From NCBI GenBank assembly GCA_015680685.1, contig MNCI01001360.1:140240-204239 (forward strand): a DNA stretch of 64,000 nucleotides, read 5' to 3'. The position numbers and the translations under genes are program-made. This document shows positions 51,538-64,000 of the stretch, piece by piece. The notes under the pieces are model-generated. The model was not told the DNA's origin and made no database searches. It was given only the letters and a program-made list of their open reading frames with translations. This DNA comes from Gnetum montanum (taxonomy: Eukaryota > Plantae > Gnetophyta). Every line of letters begins with the position of its first letter. Within the stretch, counting starts at the first letter, position 1.

Positions 51538-54500
51538 GATGTCCCCAAATGGAAATGAGCAAGAAGGAGAGATATGAGTTTCAGGGTCTAATGAGTCGTG
51601 GCCATTGGAAAGCATCGATGCAACCCCATCAACGCCATCTCATCGACATGTATCTGTCAACGCATGGTTTGATGCGTTGATGCATACGTGTTGATGCAGT
51701 GTCTAGTCTTACCTATATAAATGCACACACTTACCGCATTTATCACATCTAATCATTAGTAGCTAGCCAAACTCTTGCAGTTTTATTTTTCCAAAGTTAG
51801 AATGTTTTCTAAGTGTCCACATTAGGAGTTGAGAAGTGTACAGATCTTTATTTGAGCACTAATGTACCTGAGCACCCTGGTGTGAATGGCAATAAAGATG
51901 AGCTTTCTTAATAAACCTTGTAGCACTTGGACTTAGCATAATTCACTTCATGCATTTATTATTCATGTTATTTACTTTAACGCATTTAAGTAATTAATTC
52001 ATAATGGATAAGTAATGCACATAAGTATGACCACTTTGAGCATACATTAACGCTTGGTAATCTCAGTAGCGCTTATGCTTGATAATCCAATAGCTTTACA
52101 ACATGTTCAAGATGTGTACGAAAAGTGGAAACAAATATTTATGTTAGGATTAGTTAAGGCATCAATAAGTTATTAGATTAATTACACATTAAAATTAGTT
52201 TATTTTCAGCACTTAGGCAAATTAAATGAAAAATATAAAAATGATATAAATCATATGACTTAGTTACACTTAACCATACAATTGAACCTCATCAGTGGAA
52301 TTGGAAAGACAATGATCATGTCCTTGAGATTTAATGCCTAGATAAGGTGTACTTAGAGAGCTAAAGTATGAAATTCGACCAAATCACTTAATAAGTGCTA
52401 GTGATTTGTATGCTTGGGCATAGGGACTACTTGTTACTCATCATTGGCACCATTGCCAGGGAATTTAGTTAGCTACGTGTGCTATCTAGGGAGTTAGTAA
52501 AATTATCCAACAACATTGTAATGAACCCAAAATGTAAAATCATTAAAATAACAAAAAAATATTAAAAGCACACTATTTTTCAAGATCTAAAAGGGCTTCT
52601 TCTCATAGGGAAGATTCTTCGCCATCATTTGTTAACAATTCCAATCCAAGTCAAGAAAGTCCTAAACTACCTATGCCCTAACAATGCAAAACTTGTTATA
52701 GATCCTCTAGACTTCATCTTCATCCTACACCAAGATGAAGAGATGCAATGAACTAACATGGAGACCAACATCATGTTACCATCCAATTGCTCAATCCCTG
52801 CAATGTTACAAGCACTCCACTCTGAGTTCGGGTTCGGGTTACAACATGCAGATAGATCCTCCAGACTTCATCTTCATCCTACACCAAGATGAAGAGATGT
52901 AGTAGAGTGACATGGAGGGCAACATCGTGTTGCTGCCCAATCACTCAATTCCTACGATGCTGCTCCACAATCTCATTAGATTGGGCATCACAGGGCTCGA
53001 TGTTGAATATGAAGTGCAAGATCATTCCTATCAGGATTACCATCCCATAGAGGCTCAACAAAAGAAAGCTTAGCAAATGGAAGCCTGGTACGAGACGCTG
53101 AAGGGGAAACAGTTCACAAACCCCTTATTCCTATTGGAACCAAAGGAGAGAGAGGATTCCTTCTCTAGGACTTCTCAATACACTGACTCTCCTCCTATCC
53201 TTAATGAGGAGACCCTTAATCAACATCTACACTCCACTCTAGAAAATCCTAGTTCTAGGAAGAATGGATCCCATGACCATGCAGCCTCCAAGGGAGGGAG
53301 TCAAAGTAGGAGTAACGACAAGCACCATGACAAAGATGCACATGGTCATCATGGTTGTGACCAACTGAAAGGAAGTAGTAGGAACCATTTTGGTGCTAGT
53401 CCTCCTTCCTCTTCACCTTCATCATCTTCATCCTCTTCCTTCTCTAACTCAGATCAAAGCTACAAAGGAAGAGACTATGATGGAGGTGACCGACGAGATA
53501 GGGATGATCACAAATCCCACTGGAATAGTAGAGACCATGGGCATGGGAAATAAAGGGAGGCCCACCATGGAGAATGAAGGGACAACAAAGGGCATCATAG
53601 ACATCATGGCCAAAAGATCACCATGAACATGATGAGCCTTTGCTTGCCACTAGAAATATGTTAAACATTGTTGAGGCCATAAGGATTCCAACAAGGCATG
53701 TGAAATATAGCCAAATTAAGTGGTTGGACATGAACAATATCCCTAAATTTGAAGAGGGATACAACCCTAATCCAAATAGTCATCTTCAAGCCTTTCAAAA
53801 TGCATGTTCCTTATAGAATGTTAAGAATGAATGGCAAAAATTAAAATTTTTCCCAAGGATACTAATCAAAGAAGCTAAAAGTTGGTACCGGTCCTTGGAC
53901 CTAGAATCAATCTACCGATGGAGTACAATGCTTGAGCTCTTCAATGACAAGTATTAAACATACTTCTAAGGGTGTAACTTGAGGAAGCAAATTTGAGGAT
54001 TAAAGCAAGGAACACCTAAATCCTTGGATGCAACCATGAGAAGGTACTACTCTTTGTTGCATTGATGCCCTAACCATGGCTTTTCTTAGTGGGAACAGCT
54101 CTGCCATATCATAGATGGGCTCTGAACAGAAATGAGGAGAACTCTTGGGGTCTATGCCCAAGGGAGACTTTCAAAACTAAGGGCCTATCAAATCCAAAGT
54201 TTGATTGAACAAGTAGTAAAAGAAGAAGGTGAGTTGAGAAAAAGGGAAAGTGTGAAGAAATATAACTAGGATCCTTCTATTTACAAATGAAAGATCTGGT
54301 TTTGTGATAGCAAGGAGGTGGCACCACTTGATGAAGTGGTGCAATGTAAGACCTTGCCAATACAAAAATTTATTTTTAAAATATTGGCCAAGGTAGATAA
54401 AATGTGGAACTCTTTGGATGAAAATTTTCAAACTGCTCTAAAAATCACAAACTAATCCAAAGGGCAAGGTAGTAATCATGATCACAAGAGAAGGAAGGAA

Positions 54501-57500
54501 GCTAAACATGTCCATCATAGGGGTAAAGGCAAAGCTACTACCATCAAAGAGGTTGCGGATTATGAAATAGATGATGATGGTGGATGTGACATATGCTAAT
54601 ACAAACCTCTTGAGGGATGTTACCCCATTGTGTCATACTTGCAAAAATCTGGGGTGTACACTTTGAATCCTAGATTGGTGAACAGGCAAGCATCCACGAG
54701 GTCACCTTATCCTCAAGGCAACTACAAGTAGTTTCATCAACAAGCTTATTATCCTAGTGGAGTTCCACCTCAACCTCATGAGAAGTACTAACAATGGAAA
54801 CACCCACAGTCATGGGGGATGCCACCACCAAGGCAGCAGTACACTTACCATCAACAAAATCCATATAGGTACTATGTTCAGTAGTCCATTTCTTTGTGTG
54901 ACTCTTCCAATCATGCCTCATTCCAACACCACTACTACCCTCCAAAATATTATAGAGCACAATATCCAAGAGAGAAATCCCCATTTCTGTGTTACCCTTC
55001 TCATCCTTCTACACTTGTACCTCCATCCTTAACTCAATCACCCCTGCTTCATCCATGTAGGGTGAAATTTCAATCTATCCCTAGCAAAGAAATGTCACAC
55101 GGTTTATTAGCTTATAGGCAACTCCCCAACTGAGTGGTTTGAACAATAAGCCTTAGAAAAGATGTTTCTTCTAAACCAATAGTCCTACTAAGCCCTCACA
55201 AATACCTATGATTGGTAACCTTGCTTCTCCTTCATCCTCTACAACACCATTCAAGATCCCTTCAAACCAAACACCTTCCAAAGTCCATACTGTAATGTTG
55301 ACCCATGCAATCATAGATTGGATAAAGGCTAGCCACCTTTCTAGGAAGAGATTTAATCCTAAGACTCCTCTAATTTACTTGCAAATCACTAGGAATCAGC
55401 CTTGCAAGGCTCTTCTAGACTCAAGTTCTGATGTAAATTTGATCTCTCATGAAATGTACCAAGCTTGGAACCTACCTCCTCTCAAGAAGAGCAACATTCA
55501 TCTTAAGTTAGCAGATTAGTCCATCATCATTCTCTTGGGATTGCTAGAGGACATTGTGACCACTATTTATGGTTGATCATATCATGTTGACTTCCTAGTG
55601 ATCAAAGTATATAACTGCAAAGAGGACTTCCCAATTATCATGGGAAGGGCATGGCTAAGTCCAATCAATGCATGGCTAGGCATCAGTGACCTCTCCTTGA
55701 AGATTTCCAAGGAAAATAACTTTGAAAAAATTTAGATGAAGTGCATTCCATGCATTGTGTCTAGTGACATAGGATGCCATTGTGTGCAAAAATTATGGGT
55801 AATAAAAAGTACAACAATCACAACATGCAAGCAGTGTGTAGATGTCACAGAAATCCAAAGGTGCCTATACATAGTAGCCACGAAATAGGAGGACATCCAA
55901 TGGCTGACCACTGAATCTGAAAGTAGCTCAACCTTCTACATGGAAGCAACTGAGAGCTTAACAAGTGCCTATGTTGAAGGCATGGATGAAATAGAGTGAA
56001 TGCATTACCAACTCTCTAAGGAACTTGATGACACTAATGGGGGAGAGTTGGAAATCCCTGAAAGCTTTAAACATGAGCCCCTTGAGTTAAAAACTCTGTC
56101 AACTAGAATGGAATATGCTTTTTTGAAAAATGGCAAGCTGGTCATTATTAATACCAACCTTACTCTTGTGCAGAAAAAGAAGCTCTTGGAGGTGATCAAC
56201 AAATGGCCAATAGCCTTTGTCTAGTCATATCATGAGCTGACAGGAATTGATCCATGGATATGTTAATACTGCATCTACACAAATACCTCCATCAAGCCAA
56301 AGAGGCAAATGTAGTAGTGGTTGAATCCCAAATTAAAGCAAATCATCAAAGAGGAGATTGAAAAACTCCTCAAGGTGGGGTTCATCTACCCCATTGTAGA
56401 CAATGAGTGAATTAGTCCACTTGCGATAATGCTAAAGAAAGGTGGCAAATGAAGGGTCTATATCAATTTCAGGCTATTGAATATGGCAACATACAAGAAC
56501 CATTTTCAATTGCCATTTGTGGACCAAGTATTGAACACCATTTCTGGGCATTGTTTTTATAGCTTTTTGGATGGTTTTAGTGGTTATAACCAAATCTAGT
56601 TTGTACCTAAGGATTGGGCCAAAACAACATTCATAAGTCCCTGGGGAACTTTCACATACAGAAAGATGTCGTTTGGCCTTTGCAATGCCCCTACCACATT
56701 CCAACACCTTGTCTTGAGCATCTTGCAATAACAAATTGGTAGTGGGATGGAAGTCTTCATGGATGACTTCACCTACAGGCCTACATTTGAGTACGCCCTA
56801 GATCGTCTTAAGCAAGTGCTAAAACGGTGCATAGAGACAAACCTTAAGTTCAACTAGCAAAAAAGCCACTTGATATTCCAAGAGGACATTGTGTTGGGGC
56901 ACAAAATTTCACAAGCAAGGATTAAGCTAGACCCTAAGAAAATAAGGGTTATTCAAAGAATTACCCATCAACTAGAAATTGTCAAAGATGTCTGGTCATT
57001 CCTTGGGCATATTGGCTACTACCTACTTCATTGAGAATTTCCCTAAGATTGCCAAACCATTAGTGGAGCTAACAAAGAAGGATGCTTTGTTTGTCTAGAC
57101 TGAAGGATTTGAGCATGCATTCTAGCACTTGAAATAGAAACTTATAGAGACTCCCATTCTATGAGCACCTAATTGGTCTAGGCCCTTTCACATCATGACG
57201 TATGCATCTAATTATGCTTTAGGGGTCATGCTTACATAGTTGGATGATCAAAAACATCCTTATTACATCCACTATGCTAGCAGAAGCATTGTGGGTATGC
57301 AACTAAATTACACCACAATAGAGAAAGAATTGATGGCAATGATGTATGCTTTGGAAAAATTCTAGCACGATGTGCTAGGGTACAAGGTGTTTGTGCACAT
57401 AGACCACAATGCAATTCGGTTCTTAATGAATAAATCAATGATGAGCCCTCGTGTCATATGGTGGTTGGTGGTCTTATAGAAATTTGATCTGACAATGGTA

Positions 57501-58020
57501 GATTGAAAGAGAACAACAAAGAGGAAAGTCTACTTTTAGACCAATTTCCTAATGAACTCCTCTTTGCCAAAGCTATAACAAAATAAGTGCCCAATGAACC
57601 TAATTGGTATGATGACATTCTTACTTACCTTCTCACTTAAAAGATGCCATAGGAGTGGAACCATAGGAAGAAACAACATTTTCTTTACCAGGCAAAACGC
57701 TTCATGGAAATCAATGAACATCTTTATAAGGTGTGCGTCGATGGCCTAGTTTGATGGTGTGCGTCGATGGCCTAGTTTGATGGTGCATACCTAATGCTGA
57801 TCAATTGTGCATCCTCCAAGATGCTCATGAGGGCCTTTGTGGGAACCACTATGCAGGGAGACGAATGACTGTAAAAATCCTCATGGGAAGATACTATTGG
57901 TCAATACTCTTCAAGGATGCCCATCACTTCATCTACTCCTATGAACATTGCCAACACAATAGTGGAATGATTGCTTGTATGGAGGGGCCTCGACAGTGAA
58001 TCCAACCACTGAAATCCTTC
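51538..58020 (+). mobile_element. Decayed Athila-like Ty3/gypsy element (LTR ending 52443, gag, PR, RT, RH, start of INT; truncated)
   Basis: LTR end ..CATCA then PBS. Protease KALLDSSSDVNLIS. RT FLDGFSGYNQI and VFMDDF. INT HEGLCGNHYAG..CQ. LTR start uncertain. Confidence 0.8.
52445..52462 (+). promoter_or_regulatory. Athila-type (tRNA-Asp) PBS TGGCACCATTGCCAGGGA
   Basis: Deaminated form of TGGCGCCGTTGCCGGGGA, 1 nt after the LTR end. Confidence 0.8.
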
Positions 58021-58120
58021 AATATGTGTTGTGTGCTTTACTTATAGTTGTAAGGTTTTACTTTGTGTTTCAAACACAACAAACTTTGAAAAATCAATTA
58101 CTTAGCATAACATTGACATG

Positions 58121-59050
58121 TCACTGACAACAATACCAATGATAAGCGATGGAGTAGTCCAACACCCAACCATGCAAGTTACGAGTGTTCACGTGTAGCC
58201 CAATTGAAATTCATGGACAAGGCCATGTAATTATGCTAATAATTGGTTGGAGTACATGATCATTGTCCTTCCACATGAGTTAGTAAATCGATGCATATGA
58301 TTTAACTCATGATGAGGCATATGATAATTAATGTTGAGCAGGTCATATCGCTCCTGCTAAACATAAACTAAGTGAAATTGTTTCTAAATCTAAGTAATAG
58401 TAAACAAATCTAATCTAGCCTACATGAGCAACCAACCCTAAACTTCCATTCACACATTGGACTTCATGTAACTACTAATAGGATTACCAAGAAACACGCT
58501 ACTGAGCATAGCAAGTGATATTACTACTGGGTTACCAAATAGTTATGCTTAAGTGTTCAAGAGTCAATCGTATTCATTCCACTTAACAAGGATAGTAAAG
58601 TGCATAGAATGTAAATCAATAACTAATGAAAACAATAAACGTTAAACCAAGTGAAAACAGTAAAATTATTCTAGGTGTAAGCAATAAAGACTAAGCGATG
58701 TTGCAATGATGTAGAGTAATCTCGATCTTTATTTCTATGCATGAAACGTGTCCAAGTACATTCCACTTGAATAAAGACTTCGTTCAATTACTAAACATCA
58801 CACTGCAAGTATACACTCTTAAATGCTAAGTGCTAAAATTAAGAAAACAAACTCACAAGATTTCACTAACTATAAAATGAAAACTGTGTAAATGGTGAGC
58901 CTAAGTGTTGTATTTATAGGCCTACACACATCCACAATATTGGATACGCGACATCGTAACATGTGCCCCAATATCAAAGATCCGATATCGCAGCTCCAAT
59001 ATCAAATACTCAATATTGTAACTGAGAAAAATTCAATTTATCAACTGTAA
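58121..59050 (-). mobile_element. Athila-like LTR (ends 58140) with decayed PBS 58121-58138
   Basis: Inverted homology to 51700-52443 (GGAARGACAATGATCATGT; TCTTTATT..AATAAAGAT block; TATA at ~58911). PBS-like TGGTATTGTTGTCAGTGA. Outer boundary approximate. Confidence 0.6.
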
Positions 59051-60000
59051 ATAAACAAAAGCCATTAACAACAATAAAATCAATGTCTCACCCTATTTAT
59101 TTCTGATCTCTAAACTATAAATCCCATTATGTCCATTAAATGGAATATAGGACTAGTCATTTTTATCTCCTTTTAAGACCATGGGTTCACGGATGAGGAT
59201 AATGCAAAAATTCTCATAAACCTTTAATGAAAACAAAGTATTTGAAACTAATAAGTTTTTATATTGTAAGATGCAGAAATTCTCATAAACCTTTAATGAG
59301 GTATGAGTCTTGTGGTAAAAGTTTTACATAGAAACCTTGGTAGGCAACACAAATAACTCGACCGACCAACTTCGAAGGAAAAAGCATATATAAATGTTAA
59401 TTTTAAAGGCATCAAATAAAAAGCAGAACAAACTTTTACACTTCTAATGGGAAGCTTATGAATCATTATCATTGAATAATTATAAATAGTTCCAGTGGAA
59501 CAAAACATGTACTTCTAATAATAACCTGAAAAGGAATAATATATGAGCTAGTTAACAATTAGAGGTTTCAAGTATAGTAATCTTGCACCATTGCATTCTA
59601 AGTTACAAAATATTTCAAAGCATACTTTCAACGATCAAGGGTTAAAAGGAAAATAAATAAAAAACCAGAACAAGGATAGTAATACCGGGGAAAAAAATTG
59701 TATTCCCACCTTCCGATTGATTATTGGATCAAAAGGAACCCACGTTCAAAACTAATGTATCTGTGATGCTAAGTTCAGCCTTTGTTTACCTTCATGACTC
59801 TGCTTGCCCTGAAAAAATGGCAATGGGTTAACTCTAGACATTGGTATCGCATTCTTCTTGCACTGGAGCCCACAGATTTGAGCCCAGCTCTTTGCATCGA
59901 CATTTTCATATATGTTTTCAATTTCTTTTTCCTAAAATCAACTGCCAAATTTATCCTTTTAAAAAATAAAATCGTTTTGAAAAAAACCTATAATACACCG

Positions 60001-60760
60001 CTAGCTGCTGCTTGTTGAAGGATGAAGCACAAATTTCACATCACGGTCAGACAACTTGGTAACCAGATCCCTAAGCCAGTGAAAGCTTAGTTTTGTTTGC
60101 TTGTTAAGTTCCTCACGTAGATCTGGATATATTTTGAACCAGTTACCTAGCATACGATGAACATGGGCTCTAACAATTCGCCATGGAACTGGATATTTCT
60201 CGCAAAGATCAAAGTATTCCAACAGCAGTGAAGCAGGATTCATACCATTTATCTCTCCATCAGATGGGGGCTTTATTGCCTCAAATTTCTGCAACCAGTC
60301 AAACCCATCAAAACTTTCATTATTTGGCTCTGTTACCATTACATGATAACCAGCAAACAGTGCAGGATTTTCAAGTAATGATTCAGCAGAAAGTACTCCA
60401 TCCACATTGGTCTCTTTTAAACAATTATATGCATCTTCTAAGTGTCTTATATTACCATTTGCCAAAACAGGAATTTTCAGTGCCTTCTTCACCAAACTAA
60501 TGGCATTCCAATCAGCTCTAATACTTTTCCCATCTTTTTGATCCTTTGTTCGACCATGAACAGCAAGAAGAGAACATCCAGCTGCCTCAAGCATCTTTGC
60601 ATATGCTATGGTGTCCTCAATGTTAGGGAATATCCTTATCTTACACGATACTGGAACAATGAGGTTATTAGCAAGTTTCTCAACTAACGCCTTCACTAGG
60701 GGTAAGTTATCCATTAAAAATGCTCCGTAATTTCCACGCTTGGCAATGCGCTGTGGACAC
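60001..60760 (-). CDS. DUS1: tRNA-dihydrouridine(16/17) synthase DUS1-like, terminal coding exon
   Basis: Intact ORF with (G)CPQRIAKRGNYGAFLMD, VSCKIR, LAVHGRT, ADW, IPVLANGNI and GVLSAESLLENPALF. Acceptor TTTGGGCAG at 60762-60761. Upstream exon(s) not found in the window. Confidence 0.92.
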
Positions 60761-61339
60761 CTGCCCAAAGAAAAAAAACAGAAAACTAAAGTCAGTTATG
60801 TTACTACAAAAGAGCATGCAGTTAAACATAGTAACCTTAACCAAAAAGCTGTGGAAAGGATGCCATGTATAAAAATCTGCACTATCTTATTAAAGGTTAG
60901 ATATTTAGATATAATGGGAAAAGGGGAAAAAATCATTTAGATAGACCGTGAAAGCCCTCGGTACTAATAAATTTTATAATGCCTCCGATTGTGAAATTTA
61001 ACAAATTCTGCATTGTTCAATAAATTACACAATGCCATCACAACTTATACAATAATATCATGGACAATAAGATTCATCCATTTATAGTTGGTGGACTCTG
61101 CGAAATTTCCTAATTTCATTTTTTAGAAGTGCAAAAGAAACAATAATTTCTTTAGCATTGATTCCACCTATGGTTAATAAACTTTCATAAAGTATTTTGA
61201 AACATGTTATTGTCACATCCCAGAAAAAGCTTATTATCTTTGATCATCGATTGAATACTAATTGTTTTTAGACGCTTGTACTTCCACCTGTTGTAAAACA
61301 TTTATCTAATAGAACTATTTTTGTCCTGGTTGCTTGTGC

Positions 61340-61600
61340 AGATTTGGAATTGGAGCAGTGAATGGGAATTTTGAACAAGATATATCCACGAATCAGTCTG
61401 AAGGTTTTGTGAATTCCATATACCCAAGTCATGAGTGCAGACTTAAGAAAATGCTTGCATGGCCTGAAACAATCTCCTAGACAATGGTATGAGGTGTTTA
61501 CTCCTTCGTCAGAAACGAGTAAACTGTAGAAATTGTGTGTCTATTTTTGGGGACAGCTTAAAAGCCAGTGTTGATTTCTTTTACTATAAATTGACGGTGG
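61340..61600 (+). pseudogene. Ty1/copia RT relic in the DUS1 intron
   Basis: Translates in pieces to QSEGF..CRLKK..LHGLKQSPRQWYE. Confidence 0.75.
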
Positions 61601-63684
61601 AAATACATTGCTGAAATTTCTAGACATTTTTCCGTATTTGAACAGGTAAAAAGAAGGTGGTATGTTAATAAAAATGGACTGCCCAATATTACTCTGATTG
61701 TAAAAGGAGCAGGGTTGGTGGCAGACTGCTTCTTCTCCCATGGTTTGAGATCTGTGGAGCTCCACTCCTTATGTTACAAGACTACACCGGCATAGCAGTA
61801 CCATGCAGAAGTTGAGGATGTTGAAATAAATAGTAATGCCAACAATATTAGCCACTAGACTTTTCTAAAAGTTCTAGGCAATTCTAGAACATGTCTAGAT
61901 CCAATGAACTTTGGATTAACTTGAAAGCAACCACATGCATAAATTGAGATGCAGGGTAATAGAATTGATTACCTGAGTATTTGCCTTGATTTGGTAAGGG
62001 CTCAAGACTTACTTTCAATTTCTCACCTTTCATTATGGCTTTAGAAGATACTTGTTTCTCAAGTCGTAAGACTTGAGTTTGAGCCTGAGCCTGGGTGCAG
62101 AGAGTTGAAAGACACCCATAAAAGGTTTACATTTTTTTAAAACAACAAACACCATACAAAAAAAAAATTTCAAGACTCACAACTCTCAATACAGCTATAA
62201 AAGTGGAAAGAAAGTAGAATGAAAGAACCTCAAACATTCTGGATATGTGCTATCACTAGTTTCAGGTTTTCAACACATTGAGTGAACATTTTACAGAGCA
62301 TACATTTTTCAAAGCACACATTCTTCTGCAAATGTTAATGGGTGCTTTCTAGATGGTTCTATGGGGTCCATTTTAATTTATACGTGTTTCTCTTGAATGT
62401 CCTACATTGTTAAGATCCTAGAGAAGGATAACTCCTAGATGTTTCTAGATTATATTTTGTAACATGACTTTCCCAATTTAAGGGTTGAACCTTGGTCTTT
62501 GTGTATAAACACCTCATGTGGATCCAATGAGTAATAAGAGTTAGGCTTCTCCTGTAGAAGTTTCCCTCTGTTCTTGATGATTTTACCTTGTAAATCTTGT
62601 GTTTCTTATTTGTTGTTTTGCATCAACCATTGTTCTAGTCCCAATTTTAGTTTTGCATTTTGTTTATTATTTTTAAAATTCTTCTAACATCTTATCTTTG
62701 TATTCTCCATCACACATTGTCCTTTCTCTGTCCATGTGCATTTTTGTGCTATTTTCCTCCAACAATTGGCAATCTCAAGATCAACTGCAGCAATCTAGGA
62801 GCAGTCAGCTACATTATTTCCACAATCAATATTCACAACAGTCGCAATCATCAATCCTACACATGATGACAAAGTCTATTAACTAGTTATCAACATGCAT
62901 CACTGACATTGAATGTGGCATCAAATGGATTGAACAAGCAATTAATGCATGTGACGACACATCATTTGAGAAAGCTATTGCCAAAAGCGTGGTACAATAG
63001 CAGCTGAAAGAAAATAAATCTGAACAAGAATACTGCATGTATTTCCCAAAGATTGTTCATGAATGGCATCAGTTCATGACAATTGGAGTTAACACTCCAT
63101 TCTTTCGAAAATCTTTTGTTGTGTATGTCAACATATTGTATTCACAAGTTCCGAAATGAAGTAAAAATGAATATTTTTACGTGCAAATAATGTTTCCAAT
63201 TTCTTGAGTTCAGTACTAACCTTCATACTTTGGCCTTGGGAACCCTATAAAACCCAATCAAGCCTTCATTTCTCCCAAATAATCACAGTGATCTTTACCT
63301 ATGCCAACAGCAAGTCACCGTGTTCAGGGTCTCCTTAAACTCCTTTTTGGTGTTCAAGGAGCACCAACCTTCCATTTCAGCGGTCTATAGTAGTTGTAAA
63401 ATTCATCCCTTGTCATTCGCAAGGGCTTTCTTTTGAAATTCCAAGCATCATGGGAAATAGGTTGAGAAATCAAGAGAAGGTTGTTCTGGAGAAAGGAGGA
63501 CCGAGTAGAAACAAGAAGAAAATAAGTGGCATAAGGAATCTTCCCTTAGATCCTTCATGGGTCCATGATTTATCAGCTCAACCTGTTGGTGTCTTTTAAA
63601 GTTAACCAAAAAGAGCAAGGTAATTCTTGTTAAGTGATGTTGTGATTATCAACCTCAACGTGTATGTTATTAAAAAGGAGCTAT

Positions 63685-63938
63685 AGTTTATATGAAGATA
63701 TGATTAGTTGGTTATCTTGTTAAAGGGTGTGTGTCTATCAAAGAAAATACACATAAAACGGATGTATAACCGGTACAGTTTATATCAAGATATGATTAGT
63801 TAGTTATCTTGTTAAAGGATGTGTGTCTATTAAAGAAAATACACATAAAAAGGATGTATAACCGCTACAGTTTATATGAAGATATGATTGGTTAGTTATC
63901 TTGTTAAAGGGTGTGTGTCTATTAAAGAAAATACACAT
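63685..63938. repeat. 92-bp tandem repeat (~2.8 copies)
   Basis: Units start AGTTTATATSAAGATATGATT at 63685, 63777 and 63869. Confidence 0.92.
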
Positions 63939-64000
63939 ACTCAATAAAAGTGACTGTACATTACATACGTAGACTCAATACACAAGAAACACATCACAAC

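Overview
Repeat-dominated window from a large, heavily methylated land-plant genome. About 90% is nested, decayed LTR retrotransposons. (i) 1-25.7 kb is a nest of Ty3/gypsy Tat-lineage elements. Element A (minus strand) has only gag and protease, and its LTR is shared in tandem with another copy. It is interrupted by element B (plus strand, near full length: LTR 8136-9556, gag-PR, pol with RT, archaeal-type RNase H and integrase). (ii) Two Athila-like copies (25.7-29.8 kb minus; 51.5-58 kb plus) and a further Athila-like LTR. (iii) Two inverted ~2 kb LTR-like repeats, each with a 5S-rRNA-derived Pol III promoter segment. (iv) A CRM-type chromovirus (42-49.4 kb, minus) with a solo LTR and perfect target-site duplication (TSD) in its RT. 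(v) The only host gene is the last coding exon of a tRNA-dihydrouridine synthase (DUS1-like, minus, 60001-60760). The most unusual feature is in element B. A ~6 kb spacer between protease and RT ends in a sense-strand branch point/acceptor and holds an antisense, multi-intron gene with its own TATA box. Elements A and B also carry about 25 or more copies of a strand-specific motif, 4-bp stem / 6-nt loop / 1 nt / TAAACT, with covarying stems. The copies flank the antisense cassette, fill the 3' UTRs and even occur inside gag coding sequence. All coordinates were read by eye, and family assignments come from recognised motifs, not database searches.
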